From Euglena gracilis (Eukaryota), in the NCBI GenBank assembly GCA_039621445.1, contig CP154954.1:16076140-16140139 (forward strand): a stretch of DNA of 64,000 bases. Direction: 5' to 3'. Below are positions 23,215 to 36,301 of this stretch, in pieces; the first letter of the stretch is position 1; each line of letters starts with the position of its first letter. Under the pieces are notes generated by a model that saw only the letters and a list, made by a program, of their open reading frames with translations, did no database searches and was not told the origin of the DNA. Both the position numbers and the translations under genes were made by a program.

Positions 23215-26200
23215 TAGTCAGTCTGTTCAACCCGGCTTTTAGCGAAAGAAGAAACCCGTCGCTGTTCTGATCGCATCCCGTAATTGTGAGGCCAATCAAA
23301 CAGAAAGTTGTTTTTTTTCTTGCTCTTCATCCACACACAATGCATGAGCTCTTTTGATCCTCCTGCACCAAATCGTGACACCGTCAAAATCGCCCACCCC
23401 CTGCCATGGCTCCCAGCCTCCTGGGGGAAGGTGCAAGCTTCCTTCAAAAATCTTGGAAGGGTCATTCGTCAGTGAAGAGGCAATACACAACACAACAACA
23501 GAAAATAGACGCCGACACACCAGTGTTGAGGCAGAAGTTGACGCCATCCCAACTCAAGCAAGGTCAGGTATTTTGATGTGTCTATATTACACTGCTTCTC
23601 GGACAGCGCCTGGGTTAAGTAGTTCTGCAATAAAATTGGTTAGGTGGTCCTGACCTCCCCCACCGGTACAGGTAAGCGCTTTTTTATTATTATTATTACA
23701 GGACGAACCCCCCCCTCCCCAGAGTTGGTAAACAGAAGCCTGCTAGACATCCCCTCCCCCAGAGTTTGGTAAAAAGAAGCTTGGAATTATTTCCCATCTT
23801 TCCCCCTAATTTTTCCCTGTGGGGATGTAGCTTACGCCTGGTCCAGTGGAGAGCTGCTGTGCAATGTCCAACCCCTCTCCGACGCGCGACTCATTGACAT
23901 GCATGCCTGTCATGGCCCTGTTATATGTTTTCTCTCCCAGCGGTTGGTGGGCAACCCAGCATGCCTTTTGCGCGCTCTCGTTCCTTGCAACCAGACCTGA
24001 CTTGGAAATGGGGGTGGCGGTGGTGGTCTGGTTAGTGGCGGTTTGCAGAGGCTGGAAAAAAAAGTCCGTGAGGTTTCTTTTCCAACCCATTCTGGGTGAA
24101 AGCGTAACGTTGGAGCAAGGGCATGATGCAGAATTTCCAAAGTTTTGGAGCTTGGTTGCAGAAAGACGTTTCCAGAAATGGGTCGAAGAATTGGCCGTCA
24201 CCCCCCTCTCAGTAAGTTGTCATTACCGAGAACCTGTCAGCAGCCCACCAACGAAACTGCCAGGTCCCCAGGTACTGGCCAACGTGTCGAGGTCAAAATT
24301 CAATGAAGTTCCTTTTTGAAAAACTCTGAGGTTGGAATCCCCCCCAGGGAGCCTATCCTCTTCCCTCCATATTCACCAACCTGACTTCATTGGGGGCACC
24401 TGTCCTCCTCTCTCCCCGCACCTTGTCTCCCAACGATTGTTTGAAAATTTTCACTTTTTTCTTGAAGAAGCAGATTCCTGAGTTGAAAAAAACTCCGAAC
24501 GTTGCTTTCAAGCTTATCCCAAACTTGCGAAAAATTGTGTTGTCGGATTTTCTGTCTGCCGGCGGTCGAATTCTTTTTGACTTTTTCCCCTCTCACCCAG
24601 CCCCACCCCCCCTCTCCGTATTTGCTGACCTGCCTCCTACATCGGTGCTTGCTGATTTGTCTGGGGACAGTTTCCGGGGTGGGGAGACTGGGTGAAGGTG
24701 GAACCAAGGGGCAGGAAAGGATGGCGTGAGATCCTCTCCCAACGCTTTCCAGCTTGCTGAGGCTTCCTCAGGCTCTCTGCGAGCCCATTCACCGTGGGGT
24801 GTATTTTCTCAACTGGGTATTTCCACGTGAGGGAGGTGGCTGACCGAGTTTTTTTTTAAAAAATCCCTGAGCGACTGACTCGTTTGTCACCCTCCCCCAT
24901 GCTGAAGTGATGGCTTCTGTCTGCGGGAATTTTTTTATCGATTGTTTTGGCTTGAACTGAAACACGTCAGGACATTAACGTGGGCCAGAAAAATGAGGAC
25001 AACTGGAATTTTTTTATCGATTGTTTTGGTTTGAACTGAAACACGTCAGGACATTAACGTGGGCCATAAAAATTTGGACAACTGGATGTTGCCACAGCCA
25101 AATTTATTATCAGGCTCGATATTAAGGCGCAAGCCTTCATATACTGGCGTCTTATTGGCTGCATTTCACCCATATTTTGGCGTGTCAATTTCAAGGGGGA
25201 GAAGGTGCAACTGGGGGGGGGTGCCTCCCTGGAAAGCACCCGGAACTCCGCTCCCCACCCCTGGGTTGGTCAGAATCAGGCTCCTGGGCGCCACCTGAGG
25301 CACACTGAGGGGGTGCCTCAGTGTGCAACCCCTCAGTGAGGCACCATTGTGCTTCAGAAAATGTGCACGTATTTGGCACTGAATTTCCAACTGCCTCCGG
25401 GTTCCGGGTTGGCCCAGTCCGGATTGCCCAGCACCCAACACCACCCCCTGCCCCCCCCCTGCCCAACGGCCTCACCCCCCCCTGCCCAACGCCTGGAGCC
25501 TGCGCCGGCGCTCAGCCCAAACACGGGCCTCAGGCCCGCCTAGGATAACTGGCTGGGGTTCCCGCCGGGCACTTAGCCCTCTCGCCTGCACACCACACAT
25601 CACAGTCGCACAGTTTGGCCCTTGGCCAATTGTGACTCGGTCAACTCACACCACACACCACAGCAGAGAGAGAGGATGGCAGGGTGTGCTTCTTTTCTCC
25701 AGATTGCAAAATGCTGTTCTCCTGGCCTGAAACCCCCCCCCTTGTGGATGGCACGGCCCGGTGGTTTTTTAACGCTTTTTTGCTGCACCAACTGTCCCCT
25801 TGTCTGGACTGTTGACAGTGCTTGGTTTTCCTGGATTTGCTCTTTCGGGTTCCATTCACAGGGGTGAGGCTGGACGGGGAAAGGAATGGCGTTTTGTTGT
25901 CTGCTTTAGTTCTTTGGATATGACATATTTGATTCTGGACGATGGCAGTGTATTTTCTGAAAAGTGGTGCCACCAGAATTTTGGCGAAAATCAAAGTTCT
26001 TTTCCATATGTTCACCCAAAGAAACATCAGCCACCCGATCTGAAGTCTTTCCCCAACTCATCAGCAGTTACGAAAAGGTTTTGCTAATACTTGTGATGTT
26101 CAATTTCTACGTTCGTGCGCTGTTTTTTTTGCCTCCATGCAAGCGGACCAGCACGCAACCTACAGTTGGCATGCCGGGATGGGCAGGACCACCACAAGCG

Positions 26201-27221
26201 GAAGCATTGCTCGCTTCAATCAGAAAGGATTCCTCCGAATGTCCTCAGAATTAAGTCACCAGTTTTTTTTGGAGGAGGCAAATTCTTTTTCGCCCACCCC
26301 CATGCTTTTTTAAGTTTTCACTGATGTGATTTATTTGTAATAGGAAAAGTAATTTTTACCTTTTTGGTGATGATGTGAAACGAAGAGAATCGTTTCTCAA
26401 CAGTGTAAAAACACAGGGATCCTCCCATTTCCTGAAAAGGAAATTAATTGAAATTCATGGAGGATCACGGAAAAGGCGGGAGGCCATTTTCACAGAAATT
26501 GCGAAAATTCACGGAAATTCACGGATGAGGCAGAGGGATATGATTAGATATGGAAAATGATTTCGACTTTTTTTTAAAAAAAAAAAGGAAATTCACGGAA
26601 AATCATGGAAAATCACGGGTACATTTTAGCCTCGGCCAGCACGGAAACGGGAGGAACCCTGAAAGGCAATGCACAGGCACCGGGGTGGCAAATTGCACAT
26701 TTTGCATGAGTATGAGACAAGCCAACCCTGTGCTGCCACGCAACCCATGTGGTTCTGTCTCCCTTGCCCCCCCCCCCCCGCCCGCCATTGGCTTTTTTTT
26801 GACCCGTTTGCGCCCGCGCCCCGCCCTGTGCCACGCGTGGCCTGTGCACCGTGCCAGGACAGCCGGGGTTGCTGACAACCCCAGCCACTCCTTGATACGC
26901 AGGGGAAATTCCCTTTCCGAGGATTCTAGGCAGAAACGTTGGTTCCCTTCTGCGATTACTTGCTTTTGGCCCCTCCCCATCCGATGGACAGTGTGGGCCA
27001 CACTTGTTATTTCACACCAATGTAAATCAGGGCACCACTGTGTCGACACGGTAGTCAGGCCACCGCAGGCAAGGTCAGGCATTTAGTATCGGTAGTAGTA
27101 GGGCCTTGCGATACCTTGGGTTTGTGTTCGTCGCAAAGTTGACGGGGGGGGGGTATCAAAAGCCTCTCATCAGAATTGTGCAAAATCAGCAGGTCAGTTT
27201 TTTGGAGGAAAGGAGAAGGTA

Positions 27222-27404
27222 CCTCCCCCCACTTGTCGTTTACACGGCGTGTCGTTGACACACACCCCGTGTCAACGACACTTTTCTGGAACTCTACCTA
27301 TTGAATCACAGTGACATTGACATGGCGTGTCGTTGACACCCCCCCCCCGTGTAAACGGCACTCTCCTGGAACATTGGCATGTCAACGACAAGGGGGGGGG
27401 GAGG
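27222..27404. mobile_element. TA-TSD MITE, copy 2 only
   Basis: TA at 27220-27221 and 27405-27406. TIR cctcccccc(a)cttgtcgtt / aacgacaaggg(g)n-agg. Copy 1 has uninterrupted gagaaggtggatcggtcgtcc (~12936-12956). Confidence 0.9.
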
Positions 27405-28819
27405 TAGGTCGGTCGTCCATGCCACCAGGCAGATGCAGATAGTGTCCGTGGAAAAATCAACGTGAGGTTGTTTCTGGGGACCTCTGCAACTCCTTGGGGA
27501 CATCGACGCCCCCCCCCAAATGAATTCTGAAATCTCTTTCCGGCCCGACTGTATTGACCCTGAGTGCACCTCAGTCTTGGGGGGGGGTTCCAGTGACCCA
27601 AACAGGATTCTTTCTCAGACACCATCACCTGCATCAAACCCCACAGGATACCCAGAGATCCCACCAAACTGGACAGATTCTCCCTATTGGCTTTTCACAG
27701 CAATTTTTTAGTTTTTTTTTTGACAAAATGTTAACTCCAAAAAGTCTGATGGACAACAATAACCCGAAATGCTATAATTTTTTGTTGTCCTCTGAATTGA
27801 AGCCATTTGACACCAAATTGCTTTTCCAAAGCGCATTCATGAATAGGTCCATGAATGTTTTTTGGATACTGACAAGGTGCCCGAAGAGATTGGTCCAGAA
27901 ATTTTACAGGGGGTCAGTCCAAACCCCATCCTCCCAAGGGGTAGGTGGCTAATCCATGCCAGTCACCTGGCCTGGGCGACTGGGACGCCGGTTTGTTGGC
28001 ATGGCTGGCCCCACATTGCCTTCCCCTCGGCGGCAAAACCAAACCTCTCCCACCCCCTTCCTGGTGTCCGCTACAGCTGCCTGTGGCCTGCAAGGTGCTG
28101 CCTTCCTGTTTGACCGATGAAGACAGCACGGCATTGGCCAGGCGTCTTCGACGTTGGGCAGATAGTGTGGTGAGGCAGGCTTACTGAGTGGCCCTTTGTG
28201 CGGAATGTGGTAAGACCAGCTACAGCTCCAGGCGGATTGCCTCCAAAAAAAAAACTGATTGAAACATTCACAATTTTCACATTATTGCTTATGATGGTTT
28301 GTTGTTGGAGATAGGTATTAATGTTTGGGTGTTGGTTCGGGTTTGGGTTGTCCCCCCCCAATGTCCACCCTTGATTTTATTTGGGTGGAATCCAGGTATT
28401 TTTCGAATGTTGAACCCCAGGGGGGAGAGTGGATCAGGGATTCCCTCTGATTCGTGGCACGAATAATCACGAATAATCACGAATCACCACGAATTTCGGA
28501 TTTTTCGAAAATCACGAATAATCATGAATATCACGAATAATCACGAATGAGATTTTTTTCCTGGGAATTATTTTTCTTTACAAATGTAGCCATTCAGCAT
28601 TCGGAACTGTGTTTTATTTGTTCTTTAGAAAATGTCATCTTCGGATTCTGACGATGAGGTTGGGGACCGCTTCACTGTCGCGCAACAACACTGGCCGCGA
28701 GCAACTTTGCTTTCTGCTTTTGTGATGGATCATGTTTCCAGCCAAAAAGGGGGTTTGTTTGGACAATGGAACGCTCACACAATGATGATGCAGAGGTACA
28801 ATGTTGTTAATTATGTGTA

Positions 28820-29390
28820 CCCCCCCCTTGTCCAACGACGGGGCTTGTCTGACGGCCACCCTCTCCCCCAGTCAGAGGTGATCTTTTTGTATACATACGA
28901 TGTTGGTTCGGCCAAAATTGCTAAAAGTTGGCCAAAAACAGTCAAAAATGACCAAAATAGCCTAAAAATGGCCAAAGGTGGCCCAAAATGGCCAAAAGCC
29001 AAGAAAAATTGGCAAAAAAGGGCAAAAATGGCCAAAAGTCACCAAAAATTGCCCAAAGAGGCCAAAAATGGGCCAAAGGGGGGCCATAGTGTGGCCAACA
29101 GCTGCCAAAGGTGGCCAAAAGCGACCAATCAAGGCGAAACGTGGTTAAAATGCCTAAAAATACCCAAAAATGCCTAAACATACCCAAAAATGCCCAAAAA
29201 TGGCCAAAAGTGCCAACCATAATATCAAGAAATGGCAAGAATGGCCAAAAACAGTCCAAAATGGCCATATACCCCCCATCTTCGGTCAATTTTCCTCCGA
29301 CTTGGGGTCTGGCCCCTCCCCCCCTTGTCCAACGACCACCCCCCCCCCCTGTCGGAGACGAACATTGGCCATTTTAGCGACCGCCCCCCC
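28820..29390. mobile_element. Left-end fragment of a TA-targeting MITE nested in the hAT-like element
   Basis: TA-ccccccccttgtccaacgac start, with the motif repeated at ~29320 and a ggccaaaa-rich interior. No right TIR found. Confidence 0.5.
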
Positions 29391-29438
29391 AGGGAGGGAT
29401 GCATTTCCAATCCTAAAAGCATTGTTCTTCCTGCCAGG

Positions 29439-29544
29439 CAGGGTGTTGCTTAAGAAAATTTGACCCTGGCCCTTTTTCCAGCCAGCCCAAATCTTCCAGC
29501 CTCTGAGCTGGACCCCCCCGGGGGGGTCCTTAAACAACGCCCTG
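29439..29544. mobile_element. 106-bp hAT-like MITE
   Basis: TIR cagggtgttgcttaag / cttaaacaacgccctg. TSD ctgccagg (29431-29438) / ctgctagg (29545-29552). Confidence 0.8.
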
Positions 29545-29548
29545 CTGC

Positions 29549-29865
29549 TAGGGCGGTCCATAAGGGACAGAAAGTTTTTTTTCTTTCGTTAAGGACCGCC
29601 CCCCGGCCTAAGGGCCGACCAAGGCCGGCGAAGGGCGACCAGGGATTTGAACGGAGTCCAAAATTCAGAAGTCGAAACACACACTTTTTGACGTTTGGGG
29701 TGGATGGACGACAATTCAAGGGTGTCAGAAATCACTTTTTTTCCCGAAGTCGACCCGTTTTTTTTTTTTGCCAAAGTATCGCCACTTTTTTGGTCATTTT
29801 TCCCAATGGATTTTTCATTGGATGTGTCGGGACGGATTTTTTTTTTTTGCTTAAGGACCGCCCTA
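29549..29865. mobile_element. hAT-like MITE with TAGGG termini
   Basis: TIR tagggcggtccataag / cttaaggaccgcccta. Perfect TSD cttcctgc (29427-29434, 29866-29873) once the 106-bp insert is removed. Confidence 0.85.
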
Positions 29866-30489
29866 CTTCCTGCTGGCATCCCAGCAGTCCATCATTTAGC
29901 TGAAAACCGGGCGGATTTTTGGAACCACGAATAATCACGAATAATCACGAATAATCACGAATAATCACGAATAATCACAAATCAGAAATGGCGGTCCCCA
30001 CCACGAATGGGAGGGAAACCCTGGAGTGGATGCTTCAGGGGACTCCCCTCTCCAGCTTTTAAAGAACGCGCGACATGACTTCCTCACCCGTACTCACGTT
30101 CCAAATATTTTGGTGTATCTCACAATTTCCCAGAAGTTTTTCTGTCGAGTTTGCCAAATTTTGGCATGTACAACCAGTTATGAGACGTTCACGTGTTAAT
30201 CGTGAATAAGAATTCGGTTGAAAGCATTTGGGGCCGGGATTTAAATACAGAAAAGGTCTTCATTTTCTGCATCTAAGGTTGTCGTAAAAAAAAACAGGGT
30301 TGTCCGGAGAATTGTCAAGTGGTTATTTGCATTTGCAAACTTGACGTCCCCATACGTCTCTCACCTCAAAGTGCAACCTTGCCCAGGGCCATTTGAATTT
30401 GACCCTATTTTTGGATATGACCCGCCGAGAATAGTGAATATAAGTTAGGCACCCCAACGTTGGCCACCCAATCCTCGTTTTCAAATGTG

Positions 30490-30886
30490 CGGGGGGGGAA
30501 CGCGTTTTTTTTTTGTAGTTTTCTTTTGTGTTTTTTTTTGATTTTGGCAAAATTTGTGTTTTTTTGCTTTTTTTGCAGCGATTTTTCGATTTTGCTGGAA
30601 TTTTTTGGAGAATGAAAAATTCCTCATTTTGCCCCCAATGTCCCCAATTTTGCAATTTTTGCCAACAAATTGCATATCTTTATGCGAAATGAAAAATCTG
30701 CCCTGATGGAGCTGAAATTTAAGCCCCTCAGGCTGAAATTGCATTTCGGGGGGAGCTCCGTGGCTCCGCAGCTCTGCAAAGGATTTTACATGCAATTACC
30801 GTTTTTTTTGCATTTTTTTTTACGTTTATTTTTCATTTGTTTGCATCGCGTTTTTGAGGGTCCATGTTGCGTTTTTCCCCTCCCTG
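30490..30886. mobile_element. hAT-like MITE, degenerate
   Basis: Ends cggggggggaacgc / gcgtttttcccctccctg. TSD caaatgtg / caattgtg (7 of 8 match). Confidence 0.65.
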
Positions 30887-31066
30887 CAATTGTGGCCCAC
30901 CCCAAGTGCTGACCCCCCCAGGTCCTAAAAGAATTTGCAGTCCCGCATTTTTAGGCACGTTTTCAAACCAGCTTTATTACAAACAGAGGTTGCACAACTT
31001 GTAATATTCTGGCATAAATTGTACACATAACATGATTCATTATGTAACACCATACATTTTTTGCAC

Positions 31067-31140
31067 CAACAACAACAACAACAACAGCATCAACAACAAC
31101 AACAACAACAACAACAACGACGACGACGACGACGACGACG

Positions 31141-31213
<73 letters not shown>

Positions 31214-31239
31214 CGATGATGATGATGATAATAGTAATG

Positions 31240-31281
<42 letters not shown>

Positions 31282-31311
31282 GAACAATAACAACAACAAC
31301 AACAACAGCAT

Positions 31312-31345
<34 letters not shown>

Positions 31346-31414
31346 AATGATAATGATAATGATAATGACAACAACAACAACAACAAGATTTTGCTGCTGC
31401 TGCTGCTGCTGCTG
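31067..31414. repeat. Compound trinucleotide microsatellite (CAA)n/(GAC)n/(GAT)n/(TGC)n
   Basis: Read directly from the sequence. Confidence 0.98.
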
Positions 31415-32767
31415 TTGTAGTCATTGTTTTTTTTTTATTGCGACCACCGGGAACAATTTTTTTTGCAGCCAGCTGCGACTCTGAAGTATTTTTGTTTCCA
31501 GCGAGGCTTTCCAGCTAGTGTCAATTCAGTTCGACACACCCTCTGGGGGGCCCTTAAGTGAAGGCTTGGCCATTCAGGTGTTTATGCTTCCGTATCTGCT
31601 CTTTTTTTCACATCAGAGAACTCAAGCTGAATAAAAAAAACCAGTAAATTTCAAATAAGCAAATCCGTGTATAAATAGCCCATAATTTGAGAAATAATGG
31701 ATAATGCGCAGGATTGGGGCAGCGGACACCTGTGCAGCCCGTCAGTGCGCGTTCTAGTGCCAGTGTGTGCGCGCGCATGCGTGCGTGCGTGCGTGCGTGT
31801 GTGTTCTGGATGCCAGGTGGCTTTGTGTAGCTGTTCCACCGCACCGGAATGACCAGCCCAAGGCACCTCTCGGCCCACACTCTGTGGTGTCAGATCTTCT
31901 GGCTTTCTGAAAAGCTTAAGAGTGATGGAAAGTTGGATACCCACCCATCAATCGTCCAGACTTGAAATTTTTTTGACAGAAAGGGGACTGTCATAACCTC
32001 AGAGATGATTGTTCAGCTGGATCTTTGGCACAGGTATATCTCCCCTCTGGATGCGACTCCCTGCCGACCAAGCACGTTTGACGATGCTGCATCTCCCAAG
32101 CTTGGGCCAAAGCTTGGGTTCTGTTGCAGGCGGCAGGGCGATGAGCGGAAGTTTTCTTCTGTCAACGTTCGATATTTTAAGCCATTTTCGCCACTTTTGG
32201 CCGTTTTGTACATTTTTGGCTATTTTTGGCCTTGGTCGTTGTTTTTTTTTGGTCCATTAGGTTTTCTTTAACAACCCTTGGGGAGGGGGGTGCGTTGGGC
32301 TATGGCGTGCCATGACAGGAAACCCCCCTGGGGGGCTTTGGTTTGGGAAAGAAAGGTTTGGTTTGGTTTGAGAAAATTGCCATTACAGTCAATGCTCCCT
32401 TGTGAATGGTCAGGCAAGGGGGGTTCATTTTCGACCCCCCGTGCCCCCCGTGCGAGTATTTGGGTAATGCTAATGGGAAAGCACTCCGGGGTGAAGCTTT
32501 CTGAAAAGATGCCTATTTGCCACTACCTGGATTCTGTCAATGATATAAATGATGCAGTTTGCATTTTCTCTTCACCCCCAAAGCTTGCATTTCCCCTTAT
32601 TTTGGCATTTTTTTGAAAAAATACAAGTTCCAAAGTTCCAAAAATGTTAGAAACCGTGAAGTCCTTGTTGTAGATTTTGCCCCCTCCCCGCCACCATTCA
32701 CTTACCTTGAAGGTAACTACCAGGGTGATTTATGGCTGATATGTATGTGTGTGTGTGTGTGCGTGTG

Positions 32768-32807
<40 letters not shown>

Positions 32808-33171
32808 CGCGCGTGTGCGATCATTTGTACCAACTCAGCCTCAACTGAGCCCCTGGTTGCACCAGCGAAAGGCCTTTTCACATTGCGCATGTCGCACCGG
32901 TTGAACGGGGAGCCTTGCCCTCGCCTGTTTGGTATACACGTTTGCCGCCAGCTGCCCTCTGGCTGATCTGGGGCACCGTTTCCCTGGCAACGACACCACA
33001 CATATTTTTACAGCGACTTGCAAAAAGGCTGTTTTTTTTCCAGATCCACAGGAGCCGAACACAAGTTCAATGTTTGAACGACTTCAAGACTGCAAAGGTT
33101 CCTGTTTATCAAAAATTCAAAAACGGTGAAATTCATGACACACACACACGCGCGCGCGCGCGTACACACTT

Positions 33172-34859
33172 GATGGTTTTGCGGCTTTGGCAGCATCGAG
33201 ACCACATTAACGCAAACTTTGCATGAAATGGCTGACAGGACCATCGGTCAGTCTAGCCAAATTTTGCTTCTTGCTGTCCCCCGCCCGGGTGCTTGGCCCA
33301 GGCCATGAAGGTAAGGCCAGGGGGCCAACCTTAAGGGGGCTAAGTTTGCATCTGAAGAATTTTGGCGGCCATGTGCAAAAGTCCAAAGGCCATCTCTACA
33401 GGGGCGAAGTTTGCATGTAAGGAGGAGTGTGGCCAAACGCCCGGGGGGGGGGGGGGTACTGTGCATTCGGCACATTTTCTTCAAAGATATTGGGTGGGTG
33501 TCTCAACTAGCAGAAATCCAGTGCCGAAGCAATCCAACGGTGGTTTCAAAAGGACAACAGCCTGCAAGCAACGCCATCCCCAGGCTCAATTTTCCTTGCA
33601 GGTCTCAGGGCTTTCACGGTGGCTGCGAAGAAGAAGTCGTGGATGGTTTAAAAACCATGTCACTGAAACTGCTTGATCCTGATGTCAACCTTGATGCCAA
33701 CAAAGCCATACCATTCCTCACTGTTTTCCCCACTAGCCCCCGCCACCAGGGGTGATTACAGATTAACTGATCGGTTTTTTGGGCTCTACACCCCCCAGGG
33801 GGAGGCCAGATGACCGATAGTGGCACCGTTTGCCCAACAAAACTGTTTCCCAACAAACACCCCCAATCTTGGACCACAAATGTCATATACTGGAAAAATT
33901 GGCACCCCCACTGGCCTTAGTGGGGGGACTGTGTGGGTTGGGGGGTTGGGATAAACCCAGAAATTTCGGGTGCATTTTCAGAATCACTGTGTGGGGATGT
34001 GTGAATCACAGTAAGTGGGGGTATAAGTAGTGGGACGTCCTACAGGAACTAGTGGGACAGGCAAGAAGTATTATTTTGTCCAAAATCTCCAGTGATCCTG
34101 CACAAGTGGCTCATGCTAAAATCCCTCCCCAGGAACCAAGAACAATTTTCCAGTGCTTCTCGCCGGGAAAATGAAATTTTCGCCGTATGTTTTGACCAAT
34201 TTTTCAAAAATGTGTTTTTTTTTTGGCCTTTTCAAGGCCCATTTTTTTTCCGGTGCAAAGAGCTGTAAAGATTTTTTGCACAGGGGGAGGGGGGGTCCGA
34301 CCCACACGCCCTCCAGGGGGTCCTACCCCCCCTGTCCCCGCTCATTTTTTACCCTGCCCTTCCCCCACGGTGACACATTTGCGGCCTGTGTCCTGCAGGC
34401 GTGGGCCAAGCCCCGGGACCATTCTGGTGGCGTTCCCATCTGATGAATCAACAGCCCCAATTCTTTGCGCTCTTGTTTTTAGAGCTCCTTGGAAGCTATA
34501 ACGATTCCAAGCTCCATAGTCGCGTGTCGCTTGTCCTCTGCGTTGCGTGTGTAATAGCTTTGGCTCTCGCGTCTGCGGGCCCAGACTCGATCCACAGGTT
34601 CCTTGCATGGCTTGGCTGGAAATCCTTGGGGGTTGGTACCCCCCCCCCAGGGGCTTGCCCCCCCCCCGGGCGCGTGTGCCCCCCCCTCCTCCTTACATGC
34701 AAACTTGACCTCCCTAAACTTCAGCTTTAATTTGCAACTTTGCGCCCAATTTTCGGGCGTTTTGGCTTATTTTACGCATGGTTGGTACCCTGGCCTAACG
34801 TTCAATCGAGTCCAGGGCGCTGGGATGGTGCAGGGCGATGCAGTAATTGTGGAGTCTAA
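33172..34859 (+). repeat. Inverted duplication, left arm (may extend further left)
   Basis: Reverse-complement match to 62249-64000; paired ORFs such as 33223-33420 vs 63677-63985 and 34401-34730 vs 62422-62673. Confidence 0.92.
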
Positions 34860-35810
34860 GGTGAGGTTCTTGATTTTGGGATGCAGGGCAATGCAAAGCG
34901 ATGTCGGCATTTTTTGCTATTGTTTGACGTTTTCAGCCATTTTGGCCACATTCGGCCACACTGTTTTAGCTGCTTTGGCCGCTTTTGATCATTTCTGAAC
35001 TTTTTTTTGGCCGTTTGAGGTCTTTTTGATTTGATTCGAGGTTTATGGATCGTTGGACGAATCGTTACGCGCATATGGGGACGAACCATTCAGGCTGTCT
35101 TTCTGTTGACATAGGGACTGGGGTACAGCTTTGCAATGGTCAACAGAGAGTTTTTCGGGAAAAGAAATGTCGGCAGTATCTTGGCAAATTTTGTGTCAAC
35201 GTCTTGAAGAGGGAACCAGCAGCACCGGCCCAACAAGGTAGTGGAGGCAGCTATCCCCTCAGACCAAAGCGTCGCCCTCCCCCCCCCCCCCCGGGTGGCA
35301 ACGCTTGCTGGGGCCACAATGGATGGCCGTAAGAATTTCGGTAAACTGTGCACAAATTGGCGAGAATATTAAAATTTTGGGGCCAAGGTTGCAAGTTGTG
35401 GCCGCAGGCCAACTGTAACAAGGCCAAGTTAAAAAGGAAAAAAAGAAAAGTGGTTGAACGGCCCGTGGTGCCACTGGTGGTGCCACCACGGCGGACAAAT
35501 TCGGGGGGAATTTCGGTCGAATTCGGGCCTTTTGGTGGAAAACGGGCGATTCCAAAATCTTCCCAAACTGGGACCCAACTTCCAACCGAACTTGGTCCCC
35601 GAAAGGTGCCCATCTTCGGTGGGCCGATCCTAACCCTAACCCTATTCCTTCAATTAAGTGGGAAATCTCCGCGGTCTGACCGTTTTTTGCCCGGATCCGG
35701 CGCTGTTCCGGCCCCGCGGGGCCGAACTGAGGGGACCGGCGGACGCAGGAGCAACCCCCCCCCCTATGGAGCTACTACTTGACCCGCGGACCAAGTAGTG
35801 GCTTGCTGCC

Positions 35811-36068
<258 letters not shown>

Positions 36069-36301
36069 GCATACATGTGGCAGGTGAGAATTTTAGTACC
36101 ACCTCCGGGGGGGGTATTAACGTTCACCCCACGATGGCTACACTAACCCTAACCCTAACCCCCAGAAGGGAGGGCGGTTCCACAAAAAATTGCTCACCCA
36201 CCCTGGCAGTCGGGGAGGGGGTCCACCCTCCCACCAACACACCCGCACAACATCGGCGGGAAGTCTTTTAAAATAATTCTGGCCTGGCCTTCGGCCGGGA
36301 C

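Larger units (their letters stand above)
19735..27527 (+). repeat. Large direct duplication, copy 2 (~7.8 kb)
   Basis: Paired ORFs in the track, e.g. 3842-4057 vs the end of 19825-20343, 8037-8291 vs 22367-22621, and 9878-10198 vs 24387-24707. Confidence 0.95.
28435..30023 (+). mobile_element. hAT-like element with 8-bp TSD, carrying nested insertions
   Basis: TIR cagggattccctctgattcgtgg / ccacgaatgggagggaaaccctg. Perfect TSD gagtggat at 28427-28434 and 30024-30031; (cacgaataat)n arrays near both ends. A possible ORF start remnant MSSSDSDDE... lies at 28632. Confidence 0.9.

Noticed and set aside
28900-29270. Lys/Trp-rich ORFs (also 37041-37713)
   Set aside because: They arise from ggccaaaa / aaaagtggtc low-complexity MITE interiors.
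30963-31484. Poly-N/V/L/C ORFs (also at 35654-36271, 53536-54168, 59073-59696)
   Set aside because: These are translations of microsatellites.
34436-34470. CTGATGA as a hammerhead ribozyme core (also at 11643 and 36310)
   Set aside because: No stem II plus GAAA or flanking stems could be formed by eye.
35630-35645. Telomere
   Set aside because: Only 2-3 CCCTAA units, embedded in repeats; interstitial.
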